Below, piece by piece: positions 51,429-59,788 of a stretch of DNA of 64,000 nucleotides (position 1 is its first letter; each line of letters opens with the position of its first letter). The notes under the pieces are model-generated. The model saw nothing but the letters and a program-made list of their open reading frames with translations, had not been told where the DNA came from and did not search any database. The DNA lies in NCBI GenBank assembly GCA_963763775.1, contig CAVXPZ010000004.1, positions 656,467 to 720,466 on the forward strand, in the 5' to 3' direction. Position numbers and translations under genes: made by a program. This DNA comes from an uncultured Chloroflexia bacterium. Its GTDB lineage: Bacteria; Chloroflexota; Limnocylindria; Limnocylindrales; CSP1-4.

Positions 51429-52422
51429 TTAGTTCCCCGTCACGACCGCGTCGATATCGCTCCACAGCTGTGGCGGTATCGGGCGCGATACCCGCGCGAG
51501 CGACTGTTCGACTTGCGCCCGGTCTCTCGCGCCGATGACGACGCTCGCCACCGCAGGGTGACGGATCGGGAACTGGATCGCGGCCTCGGGAAGCTCCACG
51601 CCACACGACGCACAGAGCCCCGCCACCGTGTGGGCGAGCGCCAGGACGTCAGCGGGCACGGCGTCGTACTCGAATCGCGCGTCCGGAGCGATCTCCTGTC
51701 GGCTCAAGAGACCGGAGTTGTACACGCCGGCAGCCACCACCGCGACTCCGCGTTCGATGGCCAGCGGGAGGAGGTCCTCCTGGGCGTGGCGGTCGATCAA
51801 CGTATAGCGGCCGGCGAGCATGACCACATCGACGTCGCACCTGGCAACGAATGCCGCGAGCATGGCCGACTGGTTCATCCCGGCGCCGATGGCGCGCACC
51901 AAGCCCTGGTCGCGTAGTTCGATGAGCGCGCCGATCCCCGTTGTCGACGCCGCCTCCCAGTGATCGTCGGGGTCATGGAGGTAGGCGATGTCGAGCGAGT
52001 CAAGCCCCAAGCGCTCCAGACTGCCTTCCACCGAGCGCAGGATCCCGTCGCGCGTGAAATCCCATTCGCGCCGGTGCGTGGCGGGCACCGCGAAGTCCGC
52101 CGTCATCTCGTTGCCCTGCGCGTTCCGGCGTGGGCACCAACATCCTTCCCACCTTGGTAGAGAGGGTGTACTCCTGCCGCGGGTAGGCGCTCAGGAGGGC
52201 CCCGAGCCGGCGTTCCGAAAGGCCCAATCCATAGTGAGGTGCGGTGTCGAAATAGCGCACGCCGCCTCGCCACGCGGCGTCGACCGCCGCGGCGCACTGC
52301 TCATCGGTGGAGACGCGGCTGAGGTTACCGAGTTGGGCGCCTCCGAGGCCCACAGTGGTGAGGGAGACGCCGCGTCCGATCGCCACACTTCCAATGCGAA
52401 CTCCCACCGTATCGCGTATCAT
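51429..52422 (-). CDS. Aldo/keto reductase (L-fucose/D-threo-aldose dehydrogenase-like), frameshift near 52105
   Basis: GLGGAQLGNL, YFDTAPHYGLGLSE, STKVGR, YLHDPD, GAGMN, AGRYTL. Confidence 0.85.
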
Positions 52423-52529
52423 TGATATACATCATACAAGTGCGGGTGCGTGAGGCTCCGAGGCGTCTTCGCGGTAGTTCACCGCACGAAGTAGGATGAC
52501 GACATGGCGCAGAACAGCACGGGGATCTG

Positions 52530-53282
52530 GTGACGACCGCCGCACCACAGGGGTCACGCATCTTCGGCGACAGCGTCGTCAGGGTTCGCGCGGCCCATCT
52601 GGGAGTGGCCGTGGTGCGGGACTTGGTGCAGGCGATCGTCACCGGCAGCGTCGCTCCCGGTGAGATCCTCCCTCCAGAGGCCACGCTCAGCCAGCAATTC
52701 GCCGTGAGTCGCACCGTGATCCGCGAGTCAGTGAAGCGCGTACAAGAAAAGGGACTGGTCACGGTCAGCCAGGGGCGCGGCACCATCGTGAACGAGCCGA
52801 CCCAGTGGAACGTGCTCGATCCCGATGTGCTTTCCGCTCTCGTCGACCACGACGAGACGCTCGTGGTGCTTGACGAGCTTGCCATCGTGCGCGGAAGCCT
52901 CGAGGCGACCATGGCCCGCGCCGCGTCGGCCAGGCAGACCCCAGAGCGCTCCGCCGAATTGCGAGAGGCGTTCGAGCGTGCCGAGGCCAACCTCGGCAAC
53001 ATCTCTGCCTACAACGACGCCGACGCCGCGTTCCACGACCTCGTCATGGAACAGTCGGGCATTCGGCTGGCGGCGAATATCACCCGCATCATGTTCGCGC
53101 GTGCTCGCGAGAGCAGCCGCTTCACGGGTATCACGACGGACGACGCTGCGCAGTTGACGCTCGAGGAGCACCGTGCGGTCCTCGAGGCGATCGTGGCCGG
53201 CGAAGGTGACACCGCCGCGACGGCCATGCGCGAGCACATCGCCAAGGCTTGGGCACGCAGGCGCGCGCCTGGCATCTCCTGA
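52530..53282 (+). CDS. FadR/GntR family regulator (FCD domain)
   Basis: LPPEATLSQQFAVSRTVIRE, GRGT, DAAFH, EEHRAVLEAI, MREHI. Confidence 0.9.
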   Translation: MTTAAPQGSRIFGDSVVRVRAAHLGVAVVRDLVQAIVTGSVAPGEILPPEATLSQQFAVSRTVIRESVKRVQEKGLVTVSQGRGTIVNEPTQWNVLDPDVLSALVDHDETLVVLDELAIVRGSLEATMARAASARQTPERSAELREAFERAEANLGNISAYNDADAAFHDLVMEQSGIRLAANITRIMFARARESSRFTGITTDDAAQLTLEEHRAVLEAIVAGEGDTAATAMREHIAKAWARRRAPGIS

Positions 53283-53412
53283 CCGGCGGTATCGCCTGAT
53301 CGACTGACCGCGTCAGTCGAGGTGCCACACCTCGTCGAACTGTGCCACGTTGCGCCCGCTGGGAGCGGTACGCCATTCCGAATCTTCGCGTCCCTCTCAA
53401 ACGATGGCGGAC

Positions 53413-54330
53413 CTACTCCTTGGTCGCCCCGGCGGTGAGGCCCGCCCTGAGGAATCGCTGTGAAAACATGAAGACGATCAGCACCGGTGCGACGGAGATG
53501 AGCGTCGCGAGCGCCAGCTGTGGAAACGGGATCGAGTCGGAGGCGACGGTGGTCGGATTGAACTCCCGGACATTCGCGAGCAATTCCACCAGACCCACTT
53601 GAATGGGCTGTGTCTTCGACCCAGGAAGCATCACGAAGGGCAGGAAATAGTTGTTCCAGTTGGTGACGAAGTTGAAGAAGCCAACGAGCGCGACGACAGG
53701 GATCGCGAGCGGCAGCGCGATCCGCCGGAAGACCGCGAACTCGCCCGCGCCATCGACGCGGGCCGCGTCGAGAAGCTCGCGCGAAACGCTGGTGGAGAAG
53801 TAGATATAGGCCAGATAGACGCCGAACGGGAAGAACGCGAATGGCAGGATGACCGCCAACGGCGACCCCACGAGGTGCACGGCGCTGACTTCAAGGAAGA
53901 TCGGCAGCACGAGCGCCGTGTTCGGGATGAGCATCACCATGAGGGTCGAGATGAGGATCACGCGGCGAAACCTGAACTTGGTCTTAGCCAGCGCGTAGCC
54001 GGCCGGGATCGACACGAGGAGCGTGAGCACCAACGCGACCCCGGCGTAGAACACCGAATTCCCGAGCCACGTCCAGATGCGGCCATCCTGGAACCCGACC
54101 AGCTCCTTCCAGTTTGCGACGAGTTGGTCGAAGGAGCCGAAACTCAGGGGAGCCTCGCCGTGAAAACCGTTGAGTTGGGAGGTGTCCTTCGTCGGCGCGA
54201 GCAGGAGCCAAACCAGGGGAAGGACGAAGAACACCGCGAAGAATCCGGCGATCAGGAAAGCTGTCACGCGACCGATCCAGCGGCCCGGCGCGAAGTCAGA
54301 CCGCACGACCGGTGTTCTAGTCGCGGTCAA
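53413..54330 (-). CDS. Carbohydrate ABC permease (MalG-like)
   Basis: LDAARVDGAGE, NWNNYFLP, FLRAGLTAGATKE; TTG start after GAGGAGG. Confidence 0.88.
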   Translation of the reverse strand: MTATRTPVVRSDFAPGRWIGRVTAFLIAGFFAVFFVLPLVWLLLAPTKDTSQLNGFHGEAPLSFGSFDQLVANWKELVGFQDGRIWTWLGNSVFYAGVALVLTLLVSIPAGYALAKTKFRFRRVILISTLMVMLIPNTALVLPIFLEVSAVHLVGSPLAVILPFAFFPFGVYLAYIYFSTSVSRELLDAARVDGAGEFAVFRRIALPLAIPVVALVGFFNFVTNWNNYFLPFVMLPGSKTQPIQVGLVELLANVREFNPTTVASDSIPFPQLALATLISVAPVLIVFMFSQRFLRAGLTAGATKE

Positions 54331-55214
54331 AGAGTCCTCCTCGGAAGACGAAGAACGCGGCAAGCCCCGCCGCCACGACGAGCAACAGGATCGAGATCGC
54401 GGCAGAGCCGTTGAAGTCCGCTTGCGGGCCGAAGGCGGTGACGTAGGCGAGTTCATTGAGGGAGTAGTGCTTCGGGATCTGGTTCCTGCTCGCCTGGGCG
54501 AGGATCTTTGGTTCCGCGAACAGCTGGGTCCCGACGGCGACCGAGATGACGGCCATGTACGCGATCCACTTCCGAAATCAGCGGGAGCTGGATGTACCAA
54601 GCGGTCTTGATGGCGCCGGCGCCGTCACAGCGGGCAGCCTCCATGATCTCGTCGGAGATGTTGTTCAACGCGGCGTACATGATGATGATCCATGCACCGG
54701 CGCCGGTCCAGAACGCAATGACGGTGAAGATCAGGGGCAGGTTGTTCAGGTCGATGGCTTGAACGAAGTTCGTGTACCCGAACCCCTTCAGGACGAAGGC
54801 CACCGGGCTGACCGAGGGATTGAGCATGAAGAGCCAGAGCATGACGCTGGCCGCACCCGCGAATGCGCCGGGGATGAAGAACAGGAAGAGCACGGTAGAG
54901 GCAAGCCGCCGCCTGACGCGCAGGGCGTGGACGATGAGCGCCAGCAGGGTGACGAGCACGGTCAGGGTCACGACCCAGATCACCAGGTAGGCCGCGACGT
55001 GCTGCACTGCCGGCAAGAACCGGAAGTCCCCGACGGCCTTCACGTAGTTGTCGAGCCCGACGAATCGCCCGCTCCTGGTGAATGAGAGATACAGGGCATA
55101 GACCATGGGCAGAACGCCGAAGACCAGTAGCAGCAGCACGTAGCCGCTGCAGAACACGTAGGCGGCGAATGCCTGCGCGCTAGCTCCGGTTTGCGGCCGC
55201 CTTCGCGGGCGCAA
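54317..55214 (-). CDS. Carbohydrate ABC permease (MalF-like), frameshift near 54575
   Basis: FVGLDNY, EAARCDGAG, TQLFAEP. Confidence 0.82.
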
Positions 55215-55217
55215 AGA

Positions 55218-55255
55218 GGCCCACTGCCGCCCCTTTGTGGGGGCGGCAGTGGGCC
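55218..55255 (-). terminator. Stem-loop between solute-binding protein and permease genes (mRNA stabiliser/attenuator)
   Basis: GGCCCACTGCCGCCCC...GGGGCGGCAGTGGGCC. Confidence 0.65.
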
Positions 55256-55292
55256 CGATGGCGTCAGTACGAGAGATGGTGCGTTCCTTCGC

Positions 55293-56759
55293 CTACTTGG
55301 TCACGGGGGTGAAGCCGTTCACCTGGGCGTCGTTCACCATTCTCTGCTGCCAAGCACTGACCTGCGAGGCAATGGTCTTTCCGGCAGCAAGAGCCGGATT
55401 CACGATCTCCGCCCACGGAGGCTCGGAACTGAAGGGGAGCGTGGCACCCCAGCCCTTCCAGATGTTGTTGGCTGCCTCACTGACGACGTCCTTGAACGTG
55501 TCCGAGTTGGCCCAGAAGCCACTAGTGGTCTGCGCGTCCAACCACGCACTTGCGGTCGAGGCGTAGGCCGGGAGGCCCGTGATGAGCTTGACCGACTGGG
55601 GTCCGCTCGTCACGTACTGCAGGTACGTACCCACGCAGGCGAGGTTCGCCGAGTGGCTCGACCCGTACCAGAAGCCGCCACCCACGTTGCCGGTGCCGAT
55701 CGGCTCGCCAGCCCAGTGGAGGGCGTGGCCGGCACCCCACTCGCCTGGCTGCCCGCCGATGTTGTCCTTGTTCTGGAAGAGGGCTCCCGTGAACCACGTT
55801 GGGCCAGGGATCGCCAGGACCTTGTCCTTCCAATTCTTGACCCAGTCGGGGGTGAACAGTCCATCGATCGTCAGGGTCTTGTTCGCGAACATGTGGTCCA
55901 GCAGGGCGATCATGCGGGTCGTGTGGTTGTCCGAGAAGTCGCTGGTGAAGGTGGTGCCGTCGACCGTGTAGATCGGCGCCTGGGCGGCCCACATGTCGGT
56001 CAGCACGGCGGTGAAGGGATCGCCGATCGAGCCGAGGATGTAGCCGGGGTGCTCAGCCGCCACCTTGTCGCCGAGGGCCTGGTATTCCTCCCATGTGGTC
56101 GGGACGGTGTACCCGAACTTGTCGAACAGGGTCTTGTTGTACCAGAGCACCACGGGCGCCAGGTTGTCGCGGGCGCCGTAGACATGGCCGTCGACCGTGA
56201 CAGGGTCGAGCGCGCCCGGCGTGTAGCCGTCGAGCCAACTCTTGGGAACGACGCCCTGGTCGAGCGGCGCGGCAAAGGCCTGAACGCCGTTCTGCTCGTG
56301 GGCCGCCCAGCTGGCGTCGTTCACCTGTCCCGACCACGCAACGTCGGGCCAGCCCGAGCCGGCCTGGTCGAGCAGCGAGACCTTTTGGTGGAACGTGTCG
56401 CTACCCCCGGCGCTGGCGTCGTAGGTCTCGATGGTGAGCGGGCACTCGGGGTGGTCCTTCTCGAAGGCCTCGGCGATGGCCGAGCGGTCGGCGTCGACCC
56501 AGACGGTGATCTTGGCGGTCGGGTCCTGCGCAACGGTGGGGAAGCCGTACTGGCCGCCGGTCGATGCGCCAGCGGATTCAGTCGAAGAGCCAGCGGATCC
56601 AGTCGGACCGCTCGTGGGCGCTCCAGAGGCAGCAGCGGTTCCAGGTGGACTGCTGGTGGACGGACTGTTCGAGCAGCCCGCTGCCACAAGGGCGACGCAG
56701 GCTGCGGCTGCGAACACTCCCATCAACCTGCGGGGCGCACTTCGTTGATCCAAAGACAT
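55293..56759 (-). CDS. Sugar ABC extracellular solute-binding lipoprotein
   Basis: Lipobox AAGC; LWYNKTLFDKFGYTVPTTWEE; GNVGGG. Confidence 0.88.
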   Translation of the reverse strand: MSLDQRSAPRRLMGVFAAAACVALVAAGCSNSPSTSSPPGTAAASGAPTSGPTGSAGSSTESAGASTGGQYGFPTVAQDPTAKITVWVDADRSAIAEAFEKDHPECPLTIETYDASAGGSDTFHQKVSLLDQAGSGWPDVAWSGQVNDASWAAHEQNGVQAFAAPLDQGVVPKSWLDGYTPGALDPVTVDGHVYGARDNLAPVVLWYNKTLFDKFGYTVPTTWEEYQALGDKVAAEHPGYILGSIGDPFTAVLTDMWAAQAPIYTVDGTTFTSDFSDNHTTRMIALLDHMFANKTLTIDGLFTPDWVKNWKDKVLAIPGPTWFTGALFQNKDNIGGQPGEWGAGHALHWAGEPIGTGNVGGGFWYGSSHSANLACVGTYLQYVTSGPQSVKLITGLPAYASTASAWLDAQTTSGFWANSDTFKDVVSEAANNIWKGWGATLPFSSEPPWAEIVNPALAAGKTIASQVSAWQQRMVNDAQVNGFTPVTK

Positions 56760-57018
56760 GTCGTTGCTCCCGTTCAGATTCGTGTCGACCTCTTTGACCA
56801 CTCCCGGCGACAATTCGCAGTAAATCATACATGTGATGTCTTAGCAATAGGAAGCGCCATGGATCCCGACGGCAGCCGACGCCCGCGCCTAGCCCGAGGA
56901 GCTGCTGGCGGTGTGGACGAAGCCCTCGGACCCGGGGCACGCGACCGCCGAGACCTTGTTCGAACGGATCGATGTCTTCGGGCCTGAGGACGATCGGTGA
57001 CAGCGCTCGCAGAGAGAC

Positions 57019-57711
57019 CTAGTGCCGGCGCCGGCGAAGGTGGATCAACGGCAGGGCGAGCGCAAGGAACGTCATGACGAGGTACACCCCGACGGCAACC
57101 GCCGGCGCGACCACGGCTAGGGCGATGGCAGCGATATTCAGACCGATCAGGATCCACCGCTGTCGAACCTTCGCATCCAGGGTCTCGTCGGCGACCCCGT
57201 CGACCACCAGCGATCGCTCACTTGCGATATAGAACATCAACAGGCTCAGGGCGAGCGACGCGAGGAGCACGTTGACCCCGTAGATGATGACCGCGGCCTC
57301 CACGTCCGGACCGGACAGGTGGGTGACCATCAGGTTGGTCGAGAAGGGAAGGACACCCACGAACAGGAGCATCAGCAGGTCGATCCCGTATGCCAGCGTG
57401 TCGGCGTGCCGCATCAGCTTGGTCATGCCGGCGTGACTGACCCAGATCCCTCCGATGAACACGAAGCTGATCAGGTACCCGAGGAACTCTTGCCACTGCT
57501 CGCCGAGCGCTGGCAGGAGGCGACTGCCAACAGCCGGGACCGACAGCTCGAGGACAAGGAGCGTGATCGCGATCGCGAAGACGCCGTCGGTGAACGCGTT
57601 GAACCGGTCAAGCGGCAGCACATCGGCGGCTCGGGAAGTGCGACGGTCCTTGACTGATCGTCGAGCGGGCTGGTCGGTCACCGCCTCATCGACACCTCGA
57701 TCAGACGCCAT
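57019..57711 (-). CDS. TMEM175 (DUF1211) family potassium channel; true start may be GTG at 57681
   Basis: RFNAFTDGVFAIAITLLVLEL, YLISFVFIGGIWVSH, LPFST. Confidence 0.88.
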   Translation of the reverse strand: MASDRGVDEAVTDQPARRSVKDRRTSRAADVLPLDRFNAFTDGVFAIAITLLVLELSVPAVGSRLLPALGEQWQEFLGYLISFVFIGGIWVSHAGMTKLMRHADTLAYGIDLLMLLFVGVLPFSTNLMVTHLSGPDVEAAVIIYGVNVLLASLALSLLMFYIASERSLVVDGVADETLDAKVRQRWILIGLNIAAIALAVVAPAVAVGVYLVMTFLALALPLIHLRRRRH

Positions 57712-57990
57712 CGATCGGACTCGTCACGCGGGCGTCGTTACCGACGGGTTCCGCCGGAGCCGCCATCGAAGCGGCGTCGACCTCGGCGACGGCGCTGTCG
57801 TCGGGGCCGAGCTTCTCGGTCTTGAGCTTGCCGCTCTCGTCGAGGACGAGGACGACCCATCGCCTGGATCCTGATGCGTATCGAGCATCCTGGCGGCGGC
57901 TTCCTGTCCCGCCCATCGGTCGAGACCATCCGCCGCCGCATCTGCGGACGCCTCGTCGGCGAAGATCGCGAGGACCAAGTGCCTGAGGAT
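57701..57990 (-). pseudogene. Degraded DUF1269-like gene
   Basis: LVLAIFADEASADAAADGL..W and VLVLDESGKLKTEKLGP in different frames; no clear ATG after AAGGAG; central Gly-rich segment absent. Confidence 0.55.
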
Positions 57991-58083
57991 GATCGTCTCC
58001 TTGCGCCGTTGGGTGACCGTATCGCTCTCTGCTGGCGACCCAGTTCGGACTCACGCCAGCTTAGGCTCGTCGACGACGCCTCG

Positions 58084-58104
58084 CGCATCGTCCTTGACGG
58101 ATGA
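58084..58104 (-). promoter_or_regulatory. Palindromic box upstream of DUF1269-like/TMEM175 genes
   Basis: Minus strand TCATCC-GTCAA-GGACGA-TGCG followed by TAAGCT (-10-like); matches the box at 19786. Confidence 0.55.
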
Positions 58105-58150
58105 GGCGACCGACTCGAGAACGCGACATGACACAGGTCTTCGAGCCCTG

Positions 58151-59785
58151 CTACGCCGTCGCTCGCGTGGCTCCGTCGGGAGCGACAGCAGTGTCGTCGG
58201 GCTCGGGCGTGGCGACCGATACCTTGCCTGGCAGGCCACCGGTGAAGGCGAGCGACACGAGGGCGAGGAGCGCCGCCACTAGCAAGCCGGCCTTCAGCGC
58301 TCGGAGCTGGGCCTGTTCGTAGTCGTCCACGATCGCGGCGGTCGTGGCGACGTCGCGCCCAGCCTCCTGGGCAGCCGCCCCGATGGCCTCCGACGAGACG
58401 AAGTCGAGCCCCGAGCCGACGGCGGTCCCGACCTGTGCGGCGACCTCCTGGCTGATGCGCGGGTCCGCCTGGATGGTCGATACGAATGTCGTCGTCAGGC
58501 CTGTCAGGACGATCGCGCCGATAAGAGCGACCCCGAGAGACGAGCCCAGCTGCTGCCCGGTGAACTGCAGCCCGCCGGCCTCGCCGCGGCCGGAGGCGTC
58601 GACCGACGACTGGACCACCAGGCCGAGCTGCGACGCCATCAGGCCCATGCCGGCGCCGAGCACCGCCATCGATGCGGCGAAGGCGAAGTCCGCCAGGTCG
58701 GGCCTGATCGTCGCCAGGAGCATGACGCACGCGATGCCCGAGAGGATGAGTCCCGTCCTTGTGATGGAACGCACGGAGTAGCGCGTCGACAGGCGCGACC
58801 CTGCGGCGGATGCGGCGAACATCGCGATCGAGACCGGCAGCATCTTGAGGCCTGTCTGGAGCGCGTCGAGGCCCAGGACGAGCTGGAGATAGAGGGGGAC
58901 GGTGAAGAAGACGCCCATCAGCAGGAGGTTCTGGGTGAAGAGACCGACGAGACCCGAACGGAGAGGCAGGATCTTGAGCAGGTCGAGGTGGACGAGCGGG
59001 TCGCTCCCGATCGCCTCGCGGTGCCTCTGCCAGCCCACGAATGCCCACAACATGATCCCGCCGGCGGCGATCACGAAGAGGGTCGGAGCAAGGCCGAAGG
59101 GCTCGACCGGCGCGTCCTTCGGCTGGATCAGGCCCCAGACACTGGATTGGAGGGTCCCCAGGACGATCAGCCCGAGACCCGCGGCAGCCAGCACGGCACC
59201 GACGACGTCGAGCCGGGGCTTCGGGCCGCTCCGGAGGGCGTCCGCAACGAACCGAGTCATGATGAAGATCCCGATCACGAGAACGACTTCGCCCGCGAAG
59301 ACCACCCGCCAGCTGAGCTCGGTGGTGGCCCAGCCACCGACGATCGGCCCGACAGCGATGCCGGCCCCCGCGACGCCACCGATCACCGCGTAGGCGACCT
59401 TGCGGTCCTTGCCCTCGAAGTTGCCGGCGATCAATGCCACCATCGCCGGGAGCACGAGGGATGCACCGATGCCCTCAAGGATCGACCAGCCGAGGGTGAG
59501 GATGGCCACGGTCGGGGCGAGCGCCGTCATGGCCGACCCGCAACCGTAGATGACCAGGCCGATCTTGAAGGCGCGGCGACGCCCGATGATGTCGCCGATC
59601 TTGCCCCCGGCGAGCATCAGCATGGCCATCACGAGGCAGTACAGGGTGATGATCGCCTGGATGGTCGTGACGGTCGTGTCGAAGTCGGCCACCAGCTGAC
59701 TGATCGAGACTCCCATGACCGTCTGGTCGAGCACCATCACGAACTGCGCGCCAGCGAGTGCGATCAGGGCTGACCTGTTCTTCAC
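58151..59785 (-). CDS. MFS transporter, DHA2 (14-TM) type
   Basis: QFVMVLDQTVM, GGKIGDIIGRRR, GPIVGG, SWRVVF. Confidence 0.88.
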   Translation of the reverse strand: MKNRSALIALAGAQFVMVLDQTVMGVSISQLVADFDTTVTTIQAIITLYCLVMAMLMLAGGKIGDIIGRRRAFKIGLVIYGCGSAMTALAPTVAILTLGWSILEGIGASLVLPAMVALIAGNFEGKDRKVAYAVIGGVAGAGIAVGPIVGGWATTELSWRVVFAGEVVLVIGIFIMTRFVADALRSGPKPRLDVVGAVLAAAGLGLIVLGTLQSSVWGLIQPKDAPVEPFGLAPTLFVIAAGGIMLWAFVGWQRHREAIGSDPLVHLDLLKILPLRSGLVGLFTQNLLLMGVFFTVPLYLQLVLGLDALQTGLKMLPVSIAMFAASAAGSRLSTRYSVRSITRTGLILSGIACVMLLATIRPDLADFAFAASMAVLGAGMGLMASQLGLVVQSSVDASGRGEAGGLQFTGQQLGSSLGVALIGAIVLTGLTTTFVSTIQADPRISQEVAAQVGTAVGSGLDFVSSEAIGAAAQEAGRDVATTAAIVDDYEQAQLRALKAGLLVAALLALVSLAFTGGLPGKVSVATPEPDDTAVAPDGATRATA

Positions 59786-59788
59786 CGA

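Noticed and set aside
1604-54600. About 15 frameshifted genes as programmed frameshifting or mass pseudogenisation
   Set aside because: Single-base shifts scattered over unrelated genes, no slippery motifs, no in-frame stops and both halves conserved; best explained by long-read indel errors
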